NCBI GenBank assembly: GCA_963771465.1
Contig: CAVYTU010000019.1
Coordinates: 32,001-96,000 of the forward strand
Source: an uncultured delta proteobacterium
GTDB taxonomy: Bacteria; Desulfobacterota; Binatia; UBA9968
Reading direction: 5' to 3'
DNA length: 64,000 bases
Shown: piece after piece, positions 39,239 to 48,027 of the stretch
Position numbering within the stretch: the first letter of the stretch is position 1
How the letters are laid out: each line of letters begins with the position of its first letter
Program-made: the position numbers and the translations under genes
The notes under the pieces: generated by a model
Seen by the model: only the letters and a program-made list of their open reading frames with translations
Database searches by the model: none
Told to the model about the DNA's origin: nothing

Positions 39239-40195
39239 TTATTTAAAATCCCGGTCATCCACCCGATCGCTAGCTAAGCAACGAGGTAGTTCTGGAAATG
39301 CTTCGAGCAGCGAATGCGGCGCACGGATTTGATCACTCGAAAGCAGTGCCCCTTGCAGCATCAATGCGTTGGCGACCGCTTGGCCACGCGCATGGTTGTT
39401 GAAAAATGCGTAGAATCTCGACTGCGGCGACTTGCCGGCGAGTTGTCGCAGCTTGGCCGTAAGCCGGTGGATATTTTCTTCTGGGTATAAGTAATCGTAT
39501 CTTTCCCACGCATTCTGATGGTGCCACCATTTTTCAGAATTGCGGCCATGCAGGCGCAGATACGTCAACTCGCCCGTCGCCGCGAGTTCTTGCTTGACTG
39601 AAGTTGGAAACTTTGGCTCATCGATGAAAACCCAGGTCGTGCGCAAACGCGCGAGCAATGCTTCCGTCGCATCATGATGATCGCTCCAACTGCGGTGACG
39701 CAGCTCGACGACCTTGGGACAAATCTCGAAAGACGACAGCAGCGTTTCCGGCCGGTCAATGTTCTCCGCCGTGTAGACGAATCCCGCCGGAAATTGAAAC
39801 AACAACGCGCCAAGCCGGCCGCCTTCAACCAGCGGCGCGACGCCGTCGTGAAATCGATCGACGTCGGCGCGCTCGACGGGCGCCCAACGCTCGCCGTCCC
39901 TCGTGCCGCTACCGAGTTTCGCGGCGTGAGTAAATTTCTGCCAAGCTTTGACGGTGAAGACGAAATCGGCCGGCGTCCGGCTCACCCAACCGCGCGCCAT
40001 CGCCGCGCTGACCGGGTGGTAAAAGGTCGAATTGATTTCGACGGCATTGAAATAGGTCGCATAAAATTCCAATGCATCGACGCGCTTGGCGCCGCCTTTA
40101 GGGTAGAACACGCCGTTCCAACCGTTCGGCGGCGCGCCGGGGTAAGCATAGCCGCAAGTGCCGATGTGAAATCGATTGTGGGTTTCGCTAGCCAT
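39239..40195 (-). CDS. DUF72 domain protein
   Basis: IGTCGYAY, VEINSTFY, LFQFP, YLRLHGRN, FFNNH. Confidence 0.92.
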   Translation of the reverse strand: MASETHNRFHIGTCGYAYPGAPPNGWNGVFYPKGGAKRVDALEFYATYFNAVEINSTFYHPVSAAMARGWVSRTPADFVFTVKAWQKFTHAAKLGSGTRDGERWAPVERADVDRFHDGVAPLVEGGRLGALLFQFPAGFVYTAENIDRPETLLSSFEICPKVVELRHRSWSDHHDATEALLARLRTTWVFIDEPKFPTSVKQELAATGELTYLRLHGRNSEKWWHHQNAWERYDYLYPEENIHRLTAKLRQLAGKSPQSRFYAFFNNHARGQAVANALMLQGALLSSDQIRAPHSLLEAFPELPRCLASDRVDDRDFK

Positions 40196-40354
40196 GATAG
40201 CGCTGAGATCAGCGCTAGTTTAACCCAGATTTTGACGGATTCTAACCGCCCAACCTCGGCTCCAGAATTTGCAACCCTCTAAGAATTCATCTAGGATAAT
40301 TAGGTCTTCACACCCGTTATAATTCCGTTCGAGACCTTTAGGAGGATTGGTTTC

Positions 40355-41167
40355 ATGGCAACGATGATCGCCAATGATTGTATCAACTGCGGCGCGTGCG
40401 AGCCCGAGTGTCCCAACAATGCGATCTCGCAAGGCGACCCGATTTTTGTCATCGACCCCGTGCTATGCACCGAATGCGTCGGCTTTCACGACTACGAAGC
40501 CTGCGCCGCGGTTTGTCCCGTGGACGTTTGCATCACCGACCCCAACAATATCGAATCCGAAGAGGTGCTGATAGCCCGCGCGCGTTCGCTTCATCCGGAA
40601 ACCAATTTCGGCGACAGCTTTGAATCCCGCTTTCGCAAAGGCGAAGGCAAAGCCGCGCCGGCGAGCGCGGCAGCGCAAACACCGGGATCACCGGCACCCG
40701 GCAGCGCCGCGGCTGCGCCAGTGTCTACCGGCGCGGTTTCCGAATTCGTCGAAGCCGATGTCAATTACGTCGAGCTGCCGCCGATCGATTCATGGAACAT
40801 CCCCATGCGCTGCTACAAGTGCAACCAGGTGCATGAGGAAAACGTCAAGAATTTCATGATCGGCAACGTCATCTTCTGCCCGCACTGCCACAAGTCGACG
40901 TTCATTCGCGACAATTTGAATTATCACATTCGTACCTTGCTCAAGGACGCATACGAGAGGTGGGATAAACAACAGTCCGAATTCGCCCAACGGCGTGAGC
41001 GCGAGCGAATAGAATTCATGGAGAGGCGCGCCAAGGACGCCGAGGCGTTCGAAAATCGACAAAAACGCGATCTGCAGACCATTCGCCAAGAGCTCGACAC
41101 CATCGGCGACCAATACGACGCCGCCGGCAAGCCCTATAAGAAGGGTTCAAGTTTCAGCTGGGGTTGA
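40355..41167 (+). CDS. YfhL-type 4Fe-4S ferredoxin fused to a zinc-ribbon/coiled-coil domain
   Basis: CINCGACEPECP, CTECVGF...CAAVCPVD; Ala/Pro linker; CYKC...CPHC; AGGAGG RBS. Confidence 0.88.
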   Translation: MATMIANDCINCGACEPECPNNAISQGDPIFVIDPVLCTECVGFHDYEACAAVCPVDVCITDPNNIESEEVLIARARSLHPETNFGDSFESRFRKGEGKAAPASAAAQTPGSPAPGSAAAAPVSTGAVSEFVEADVNYVELPPIDSWNIPMRCYKCNQVHEENVKNFMIGNVIFCPHCHKSTFIRDNLNYHIRTLLKDAYERWDKQQSEFAQRRERERIEFMERRAKDAEAFENRQKRDLQTIRQELDTIGDQYDAAGKPYKKGSSFSWG

Positions 41168-41178
41168 TCCGTCACCCC

Positions 41179-41652
41179 ATGCTCTACTCATGGCTTCACC
41201 TCATCGCCCTAATCGTTTATCTCGGCGCAGTCATCGGTTTTTGGCTGATGCTGTTACCCTCCGTCACTGTTCTCGAAACCCACGACGAGAAACTGCGCTT
41301 TCTTGCCCGCGGGCTAAAATTTTATAATCCGCTGCAAGTCGGTGCCCTCGGCATCATTCTTTTCACCGGCGCGTTTCAGTTGACCGAACTCAAAGCCGCT
41401 TATCGTGAGACTTTTGTTCAACATCTGGCCTTCAAGCTCAGCATCAAGCTGCTGTTCGCGTTTCTCCTGGTCATTTTTAGCGTTTATCAAGCTCTCGGCG
41501 TCGGCCACCGCTTCGTCAAGCGAGTCGAAGGCGGCGATGAGGTGAAGCCAGAAGAGCTCGCGTCGATTATCCGCCGCTTGACCAGCGCTAACTGGCTGAT
41601 TCTAATTTTCGCGGCGATTACTTTGTGGCTCGGCTTACGGCTGCGCTCATAG
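41179..41652 (+). CDS. Four-TM membrane protein (CopD/DUF4149-like)
   Basis: WLHLIA...G; four hydrophobic segments; KL motif in TM3. Confidence 0.7.
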   Translation: MLYSWLHLIALIVYLGAVIGFWLMLLPSVTVLETHDEKLRFLARGLKFYNPLQVGALGIILFTGAFQLTELKAAYRETFVQHLAFKLSIKLLFAFLLVIFSVYQALGVGHRFVKRVEGGDEVKPEELASIIRRLTSANWLILIFAAITLWLGLRLRS

Positions 41653-41728
41653 TCTAATCACTGGAAAGTCGATTTGTTTTGGTGCTATGAAGCCTTAGCG
41701 CCGCATTAACTCACGAGAGGAATATTCA

Positions 41729-42664
41729 ATGGCAAACCGCAAACTGAGGGTCATCTATCGCTCCAATTCCCACGCACCGCTCTGGCTGGTGGCCGACAAA
41801 TCCGGCTGTTGGAATAAGAACGGACTTGACGTCGACACCTCGCCGCAGCTGGTTCGCGAGAGAGCCGTTGAGTCGCTCAAGAACGGCAACGTCGATCTGA
41901 TCTCCGGCAATCATCATAATCTCTATGTCCGTAACGCCAGGAATGGCGAAGACTTCGTCCACCTGGCCCAGCCGACCAACAACTGGACGGAAAACAAATT
42001 GGTGGTCAAACCGGGTATTCGTTCGGTCCAAGACCTGAAAGGAAAAAAGATCGCGGCCGACAAGCTGACCTCCCATGCCGGCCTAAATATCTGGCTCTTC
42101 CTCAAGCAAGCCGGCCTCGACGCAGATCGCGGCGATGTCGAGCTGGTGGAGTTTCCCGGCTCATCCGAAGAGCGTTGGAAACGGGTCATGAGCGGCGAGT
42201 TTGACGGCACCTTTGTCACTATCCCGCATGACGCCCGTGCCGCCAAAGCCGGCGCTCACGTCATCGAAGTGGCGGCAATACCGATGATCCGCGGCGTCAC
42301 GCTGACAACTACGACGAGTTTCGTAAAAAGCCATACGGACGAAATGCGCCAAATGACCAAGGGGCTGATCGACGCCATTCATTATTTTCTAACCCGCAAG
42401 CAGGAGACCTTGGAGATTCTCAAAGAGCACGCCACACCGATTCTGAAGCTTCAGTCGGATCAAGAAGTGGAAAGACTTTACGATGAGTGGGCGCAGTCGT
42501 TGGAGCGCAAACCCTATCCTAATCTGGCGGCGATATCGAATGTTTTTCAGTTAGCGGTTCGGCGCGATCCCGACATCGCCGGTTTCAATCCGCTGGCGCT
42601 TTGGAACACGCATTTCGTCCGGGAACTCGACGACAGCGGTTATATCGACCAACTCTACAGGTAG
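41729..42664 (+). CDS. NitT/TauT-family binding protein lacking a signal peptide
   Basis: KNGLDVD, DLKGKKIA; N-terminus MANRKLRVIY has no hydrophobic core. Confidence 0.8.
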   Translation: MANRKLRVIYRSNSHAPLWLVADKSGCWNKNGLDVDTSPQLVRERAVESLKNGNVDLISGNHHNLYVRNARNGEDFVHLAQPTNNWTENKLVVKPGIRSVQDLKGKKIAADKLTSHAGLNIWLFLKQAGLDADRGDVELVEFPGSSEERWKRVMSGEFDGTFVTIPHDARAAKAGAHVIEVAAIPMIRGVTLTTTTSFVKSHTDEMRQMTKGLIDAIHYFLTRKQETLEILKEHATPILKLQSDQEVERLYDEWAQSLERKPYPNLAAISNVFQLAVRRDPDIAGFNPLALWNTHFVRELDDSGYIDQLYR

Positions 42665-42845
42665 AAAATTACCGCAGATTCCGCGATCAAAGTTCGGCGT
42701 GGGCCGCGTCAGGCTCGACCAGGAGTGAAGAAGACCCGCAACGCCGCGGTTGCCTGCTTAGCGCCAGCGGTTCATTGTCCTACCTACGCAAGGATCGCGT
42801 CTCACGCGCTGAGTCAATTTCAACTGCGCAATCCGGGATAAACAT

Positions 42846-42879
42846 AAAAAAAGGCGGAGCCCCCACGCTCCGCCTTTTT
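42846..42879. terminator. Bidirectional Rho-independent terminator
   Basis: AAAAAAAGGCGGAGC-cccac-GCTCCGCCTTTTT-type hairpin between convergent genes. Confidence 0.85.
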
Positions 42880-42912
42880 GCCGATATCCCTTCGGCGCTT
42901 GGAAAAATTATC

Positions 42913-43677
42913 CTAACGCTGAGAGATTCTGCTATCGCTGGTCCCGTTCTGCTGCGATGCACTCGGCGCAGGCGGCTGGGCTGCCGGCGTCGCGGCGGTC
43001 GAGGTCACGCCATCGCGGTAGACCAGGATTTCCACCCGGCGATTCTTCGCTCGTCCCTGAGGGGTCTTGTTTTCTTCCATCGGCGCGCTCTGGCCGTAGG
43101 ATACCGGGACGACGCGGATCGGGTCCAAATTTTTCTTGGTGATCAGGTAACGGCTCACCGCATCGGCGCGCCGCTTGCCGAGATCGTAATTATAATTTTC
43201 GTTGCCGACGTTATCGGTGTGGCCGGCTACCATGAAGAGTACGCCATCAGCGCCCAGCGTGTCTCCTTTCATGTCGCTCAAGAAGCTATCGATCTCGCGC
43301 TGCGCTTGGGGTGGCAATGCGGTCGAATTAAACGCGAAGTTGGCACCGTCCTTCATATCGATTACGAGCTTGCGCTCCAAACGCAGATTGCCAATCGCAG
43401 TAAGCGCGCGATCGGCCTTGGCATCGACCTCGCCCAGGCGGCCTTCGAACTGGCCGAGCTTCCCTTCAACACCGCTGACGCGGTTACCGAGGCTGCCAAT
43501 CTGTCCCTCAGCCTTTTCCATACGCCCTTCGCCTTGTGTGATTCGCCCGGTGAGCGGGTCTTGGACATTTTCCCGCACCCAATCGCGCGTCGCGATGCAG
43601 CCTTGGGCCAACAGCAAAGTACCGGTTAAACCGGCGCCGATTAAATATTTCGCCCCACCGACAGTAAAACTTTTCAT
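42913..43677 (-). CDS. OmpA-family peptidoglycan-binding lipoprotein with coiled coil
   Basis: Lipobox AQGC; GHTDNVG, LGKRRA, NRRVEI. Confidence 0.92.
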   Translation of the reverse strand: MKSFTVGGAKYLIGAGLTGTLLLAQGCIATRDWVRENVQDPLTGRITQGEGRMEKAEGQIGSLGNRVSGVEGKLGQFEGRLGEVDAKADRALTAIGNLRLERKLVIDMKDGANFAFNSTALPPQAQREIDSFLSDMKGDTLGADGVLFMVAGHTDNVGNENYNYDLGKRRADAVSRYLITKKNLDPIRVVPVSYGQSAPMEENKTPQGRAKNRRVEILVYRDGVTSTAATPAAQPPAPSASQQNGTSDSRISQR

Positions 43678-43758
43678 ACGATATCCTCCTGTTAAATTTA
43701 AACCACTCTAATTATTTTATTCATTGACGCTTGTCTTAATCTGCCAACTGGAATCACT

Positions 43759-45003
43759 TCACGAACCTCGCTCAAGGGGTACGCAGACGATAAATTCCGA
43801 AGCTCGCCCGGGGCGGCCTCTCATGCAGACATCACCTCCGATTTGATCTAAGTACCGGCGCACTGAAACCAACGCTTGAAGACTTTCATCGTTCGCGCCG
43901 CCGACCCCAATGGCGTTATCGAACATGGCGGTCAATCTCTGCGCCACTTCGTTATTCTGGTTTCCTTTAATCTCGAATCTTAAATGAGTCTGGTCGCTGC
44001 GAAATGAGAACTCAACGGTTTCATTGCGCGTCGCCGCCACGGCACTATGGATTAGAACCTTGAGAGCGAGTTTGAACAACACCGGATCGGTCCGCACCTG
44101 CGACGGCCTCATCGCCGTGCCGTCTACCGTCACCTCGACGCTTCGCTCCTGGCTCAACTGGCGGCAAGCCGTCACGGCTTCCTCAACAGCGGACGCGATG
44201 TTGACCACGGACGTATCCGACTCGTCAACTTCCGTTACAGCACAGGGTAGCGGCTTTGGCAGCGAACTCACGCATTTCAGAATGTCCTCGACACTCGATT
44301 CGATATTGCCGACGAATTTTTCTTGATCGACCGCCCGCGCACCGCTCTTATTCTGCCGGAGCATCTCAGTATTGCCGACAATTACCTGGAGCGAGTTCTT
44401 GATATCATGGGACATCATTGCCAGCCGCTCGCGCAGGCGATTATCATCGTTGAGCGCCCGCACCGCCCAGCTAAGTTCACCCGCTAACGTCTGGAGCAGA
44501 AACAACTCGGACACCGTATAGCCTCGACGAATCGAGTGGCCTAGTAACAAGAACCCGAGCGCCGGCCCTGCCGGCGGTGTGACGGGAACCACTACGGCGC
44601 TACGAAAGCCAAACTCACCGCTCACGTCATTCCACGCGATCGGCGCACGGGAGTTGACCACGATATCAAGACAACGCTGAGAAAGATTGGCCGGCACATT
44701 GGCCATGCCAGCTTCCGGCACGCCAAACTCGACTAACTTCGAATCTTTGCTACCCAGCGCGGCGAAACAGAAATCGACGCTAAAAAGGCGCCGCAACCTA
44801 ACCAGGAATTGATTTAACAGCGCCTTCTCATCGCCACATTGCTGCGTCCAACAGTAAGCGCGAAGCAAATTGGCGTGCTCCCAAAGGCTGACAAATACCT
44901 CCCAACTGCCAGTGGGCTCACGGCCGTTGACGAGGGGAAGTCGCTTGGCAATAGTATCATCGCTTGGCGCGCGACTTGCGGAAGGGTACTGCTGGGCGAA
45001 CAT
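43759..45003 (-). CDS. GAF domain plus histidine-kinase-like protein with degenerate ATPase domain
   Basis: GAF (LQTLAGEL), H-box SHDIKNSL; N and G boxes not recognisable. Confidence 0.75.
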   Translation of the reverse strand: MFAQQYPSASRAPSDDTIAKRLPLVNGREPTGSWEVFVSLWEHANLLRAYCWTQQCGDEKALLNQFLVRLRRLFSVDFCFAALGSKDSKLVEFGVPEAGMANVPANLSQRCLDIVVNSRAPIAWNDVSGEFGFRSAVVVPVTPPAGPALGFLLLGHSIRRGYTVSELFLLQTLAGELSWAVRALNDDNRLRERLAMMSHDIKNSLQVIVGNTEMLRQNKSGARAVDQEKFVGNIESSVEDILKCVSSLPKPLPCAVTEVDESDTSVVNIASAVEEAVTACRQLSQERSVEVTVDGTAMRPSQVRTDPVLFKLALKVLIHSAVAATRNETVEFSFRSDQTHLRFEIKGNQNNEVAQRLTAMFDNAIGVGGANDESLQALVSVRRYLDQIGGDVCMRGRPGRASEFIVCVPLERGS

Positions 45004-45018
45004 AAGCTCACGTTGATA

Positions 45019-45033
45019 GCGAATTTCGTTCCA
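45019..45033 (-). promoter_or_regulatory. Putative sigma54 promoter
   Basis: Minus strand TGGAACGaaattcGC, GG-N10-GC. Confidence 0.55.
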
Positions 45034-45140
45034 TGTCTAAAAACCGTCAATTTCACCTACTTCTGCTGCTTTTATCCAGTTTGGCCGCAGAGTTTGTGTG
45101 GGTAACCGCAGGGATTATCCTACAGCTCTGAAGGAATGAA

Positions 45141-45662
45141 CTAATATACAATCGGCTTTGAACCACGAGGGAAGCTGCGTCGACTAGAGACCTCACCCTT
45201 GCCCCCGGCGACGTTACCGCCAGCAACCGAAACACACACCGATAGCGGAAGATCGGCGACGGTTGCTGCCAATGCAGTATCGCAGTCGGTCCGCGTCAAG
45301 TCTTCAACCAAATTGTCAAAAGAGAATGGTTTGCCCATGACGATGACACCGAACTCACGAATTTCGTGCTCCAGAACCGCTCGATATTCATCGGTCGCAC
45401 CGCTCATATAAATGGTCTTGACCTGGGGGTTGAACGCTCGGATGCGACGTATCATTTCAATACCGTCGAGCTCGGGCATTTGAATGTCGGTCACGACCCA
45501 GTCGCTCGGACTACGAAAGTAATTCGCGCAACCATGAAAGCCGTTACGCGCTGTGTGCACCTCAAATCCGCGGCTCCGCAGCTTGATGGCGATCAACTCA
45601 GCAAAGCTCTCGTCATCATCAACGACCAAAACAGTTCCAGATGGCATCATGCTGGCCCCCAT
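45141..45662 (-). CDS. Single-domain response regulator (start may be 45650)
   Basis: VLVVDDD, TDIQMPELDG, MSG, KPF. Confidence 0.85.
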   Translation of the reverse strand: MGASMMPSGTVLVVDDDESFAELIAIKLRSRGFEVHTARNGFHGCANYFRSPSDWVVTDIQMPELDGIEMIRRIRAFNPQVKTIYMSGATDEYRAVLEHEIREFGVIVMGKPFSFDNLVEDLTRTDCDTALAATVADLPLSVCVSVAGGNVAGGKGEVSSRRSFPRGSKPIVY

Positions 45663-45681
45663 AGTCGCAGCTGAGTAAAAC

Positions 45682-45696
45682 GCAATCCCCGTTCCA
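45682..45696 (-). promoter_or_regulatory. Putative sigma54 promoter
   Basis: Minus strand TGGAACGgggaTTGC. Confidence 0.6.
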
Positions 45697-45988
45697 GGTC
45701 GTTCGCAGACGGTGGAAAGTAATATCACCGCTATTTCGGCGTGATTAAGACGTAAATTAAGTTTTCGTGAAGGGATATCCCTGCAACCCAAAACCAGACT
45801 GTAGCTTGGATCAGATTACGTAGCTTCGCTAACGGCACGAACTTGGAATCGTGAGGGCAGCCAACCCTGCGGTCGCAAAGTCAGTCGGCAATCCGGCTTG
45901 AAGCCGGCAGCCGAGGGCGGCGGATTTGCAAAATTCTGCGGTGAGTGGAGAAGAAATGAATGACCGCTTCGATAACGGCGGCCATCGG

Positions 45989-47413
45989 TTAGCTAGACAT
46001 ACCTGGTTTGGGCTTTTTGAACTCGTCGGCTTTAAGGTCATGCTTCTTCAGTAGGTCGTAGAAATCAGCGCGATACTTACCGGCTAGTTTAGCCGCATGA
46101 CTGACGTTGCCTTCGGTCAGCGCTAATACTTGAACTAGATAATCGCGCTCGAAGGCATCGCGCGCGTCTTTGAGCGATCTCAAGTTGTCGCCAAGCGATT
46201 CGCGTTTCTCATAGCCGCCGTTCTTGCCCGGCTCGGACGCCGCGACTTTTCCTTGCAGGATGTAGTCCGCGGTCACCGTATCACTGCGCGTCATCGCCAC
46301 CGCGTACTCGATGGTATTTTCCAACTCGCGCACGTTGCCGGGCCAGTCGTGCAGCATGAGTTTTCGCAGCGACTCCGGCGTCAAGCCCTTGACCATCTTT
46401 TTCATCTGCTGGGTACATTTCTTAAGAAAATGATCGACCAGCGGCACGATGTCCTCCTTGCGTTCGCGCAACGGCGGCAAGAGAATCGGGATTACATGAA
46501 TGCGATAGTATAAATCGTCGCGAAACATTCCTTTGCGCACCAGTTCGGCCAAATCCTTGTTGGTGGCAACGATGACGCGCACATCCACCGCAACCGGCGC
46601 GTCGCCGCCGACGGGATAGAACTGCCGCTCCTGCAATACACGCAAAAGTTTGGACTGCGTCGCCAATGGCATATCGCCGATCTCATCTAAGAATAATGTT
46701 CCGCCGTGGGCCTGGGTGAATAATCCGCGGGTGCTCTTAACCGCGCCGGTAAACGCGCCTTTTTCATGGCCGAAAAGTTCGCTTTCGAGCAACGTTTCCG
46801 GCAACGCGGCGCAATTGAGCGCGACGAACGGCTTGTCCTTGCGATCGCTCGCCAGGTGGATCGCTTTAGCGATCAGTTCTTTACCCGTGCCGCTTTCGCC
46901 GTGGATATAAACCGTCGAGTCGAGGATCGCGATGCGGCTCACCACGTCCAGCACCGCGCGCATCTTGGCGCTGTGGGCGATGATGTTGGCGAAATCAAAG
47001 CGTTCATTGAGCAGCTCTTTCAACCGTTTGATTTCTGAGCTGAGCTTACGGTTTTCCAGGGCGCGCTCGATCTGGAGCAGGAGGTCGCCGGCTTCAAACG
47101 GTTTGGTCAGATAACTGTAGGCGCCGCGGCGCATCGCCTCCACCGCGCTCTCGATGCTGCCATGAGCGGTGAGGATAATCGTCGGTAGGTCGGGACGGAT
47201 GGTGCGGATGTTTTCCATCAAACTGAGGCCGTCGCCATTGGCGAGCATCAAATCGATGATGCATAGATCGAAAACTTGCTCGGTCTGGGATTTCAGCGCG
47301 TGTTCTTCGTCGGCTGTGGCGCTAACTTTATAGTCCGCCGACTCAAGCCGCATCTTGATCAGCTCGAGCAGGTTGGGATTGTCGTCGACGACGAGTATGT
47401 GGCCTTTAGACAT
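45989..47413 (-). CDS. glrR: Sigma54-dependent response regulator, GlrR/QseF-like
   Basis: Receiver, GESGTGKE, GAFTGA, WPGNVRELEN, GlrR-like HTH (GNVSHAAKLAGKYRADFYDLL); synteny. Family confident, orthology less so. Confidence 0.75.
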   Translation of the reverse strand: MSKGHILVVDDNPNLLELIKMRLESADYKVSATADEEHALKSQTEQVFDLCIIDLMLANGDGLSLMENIRTIRPDLPTIILTAHGSIESAVEAMRRGAYSYLTKPFEAGDLLLQIERALENRKLSSEIKRLKELLNERFDFANIIAHSAKMRAVLDVVSRIAILDSTVYIHGESGTGKELIAKAIHLASDRKDKPFVALNCAALPETLLESELFGHEKGAFTGAVKSTRGLFTQAHGGTLFLDEIGDMPLATQSKLLRVLQERQFYPVGGDAPVAVDVRVIVATNKDLAELVRKGMFRDDLYYRIHVIPILLPPLRERKEDIVPLVDHFLKKCTQQMKKMVKGLTPESLRKLMLHDWPGNVRELENTIEYAVAMTRSDTVTADYILQGKVAASEPGKNGGYEKRESLGDNLRSLKDARDAFERDYLVQVLALTEGNVSHAAKLAGKYRADFYDLLKKHDLKADEFKKPKPGMSS

Positions 47414-47418
47414 GTCGG

Positions 47419-48027
47419 CTATCTGGCGCGATCGCGCCGTTTCTTTTCGATGTCGATGTCGATCTGTTTGGACTTTTCGATCATCTGTTTCATCTTGTCA
47501 ATCTCCTGGCGTGACTTATCGAGTTCCAAGCGCGACTTGTCGACTTCCAGCTTGGACTTTTCCGCCGCTTGGCGGCTTCGTTCACTTTCCTCCTGGGACT
47601 TCGCCGCCAACTGTTTGGTTGTGGCGAGTTCCCGTTTGGCCTCCTCGGCTTCGTTGAGCACGCCGATCCAAACCCGCGCTTGTTCGGCCCAAACGCTATT
47701 CGGATAGGTCGCGATCACTCGATTAAAAGCGTTGATCGCTTTAGGCCGGTCATTTTTCGGATTCAGCGGATGGGCAAGGATTAATCCCATAGTGTACGTC
47801 GCCATATCCGCCGGCGGTTGATTCTGGGCGATTGCAACCGCTCTTTCAAACGATTTCAACGAATCTTCATAATCGCCGCGCAGCAACTGCTGTTGGCCGC
47901 TGGCAAGCGTTTCACGCAGCTGTTGGCGCTGACTCGATTCGTCGAAGAGCGCGCAGCCGCCAATAAACACTAACAGGGCAAGACAAAAATGAAAGCGCTG
48001 CCCTGACCTAACTGGCTTTCGGCCCAT
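47419..48027 (-). CDS. TPR/coiled-coil lipoprotein, QseG/YfhG positional analogue
   Basis: Lipobox IGGC; lies between kinase and regulator; C-terminal KSKQIDIDIEKK. Confidence 0.7.
   Translation of the reverse strand: MGRKPVRSGQRFHFCLALLVFIGGCALFDESSQRQQLRETLASGQQQLLRGDYEDSLKSFERAVAIAQNQPPADMATYTMGLILAHPLNPKNDRPKAINAFNRVIATYPNSVWAEQARVWIGVLNEAEEAKRELATTKQLAAKSQEESERSRQAAEKSKLEVDKSRLELDKSRQEIDKMKQMIEKSKQIDIDIEKKRRDRAR

Noticed and set aside
42670-42840. Structured-looking intergenic region as an ncRNA or riboswitch (also 9130-9530, 37620-37930, 45800-45980)
   Set aside because: No recognisable family motif by eye; an Rfam/Infernal scan is needed
42601-43629. Long antisense or alternate-frame ORFs (also 1239-1970, 27214-28182, 29277-30284, 51823-52827, 56101-57153)
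   Set aside because: Shadows of well-supported genes in GC-rich DNA, with no motifs
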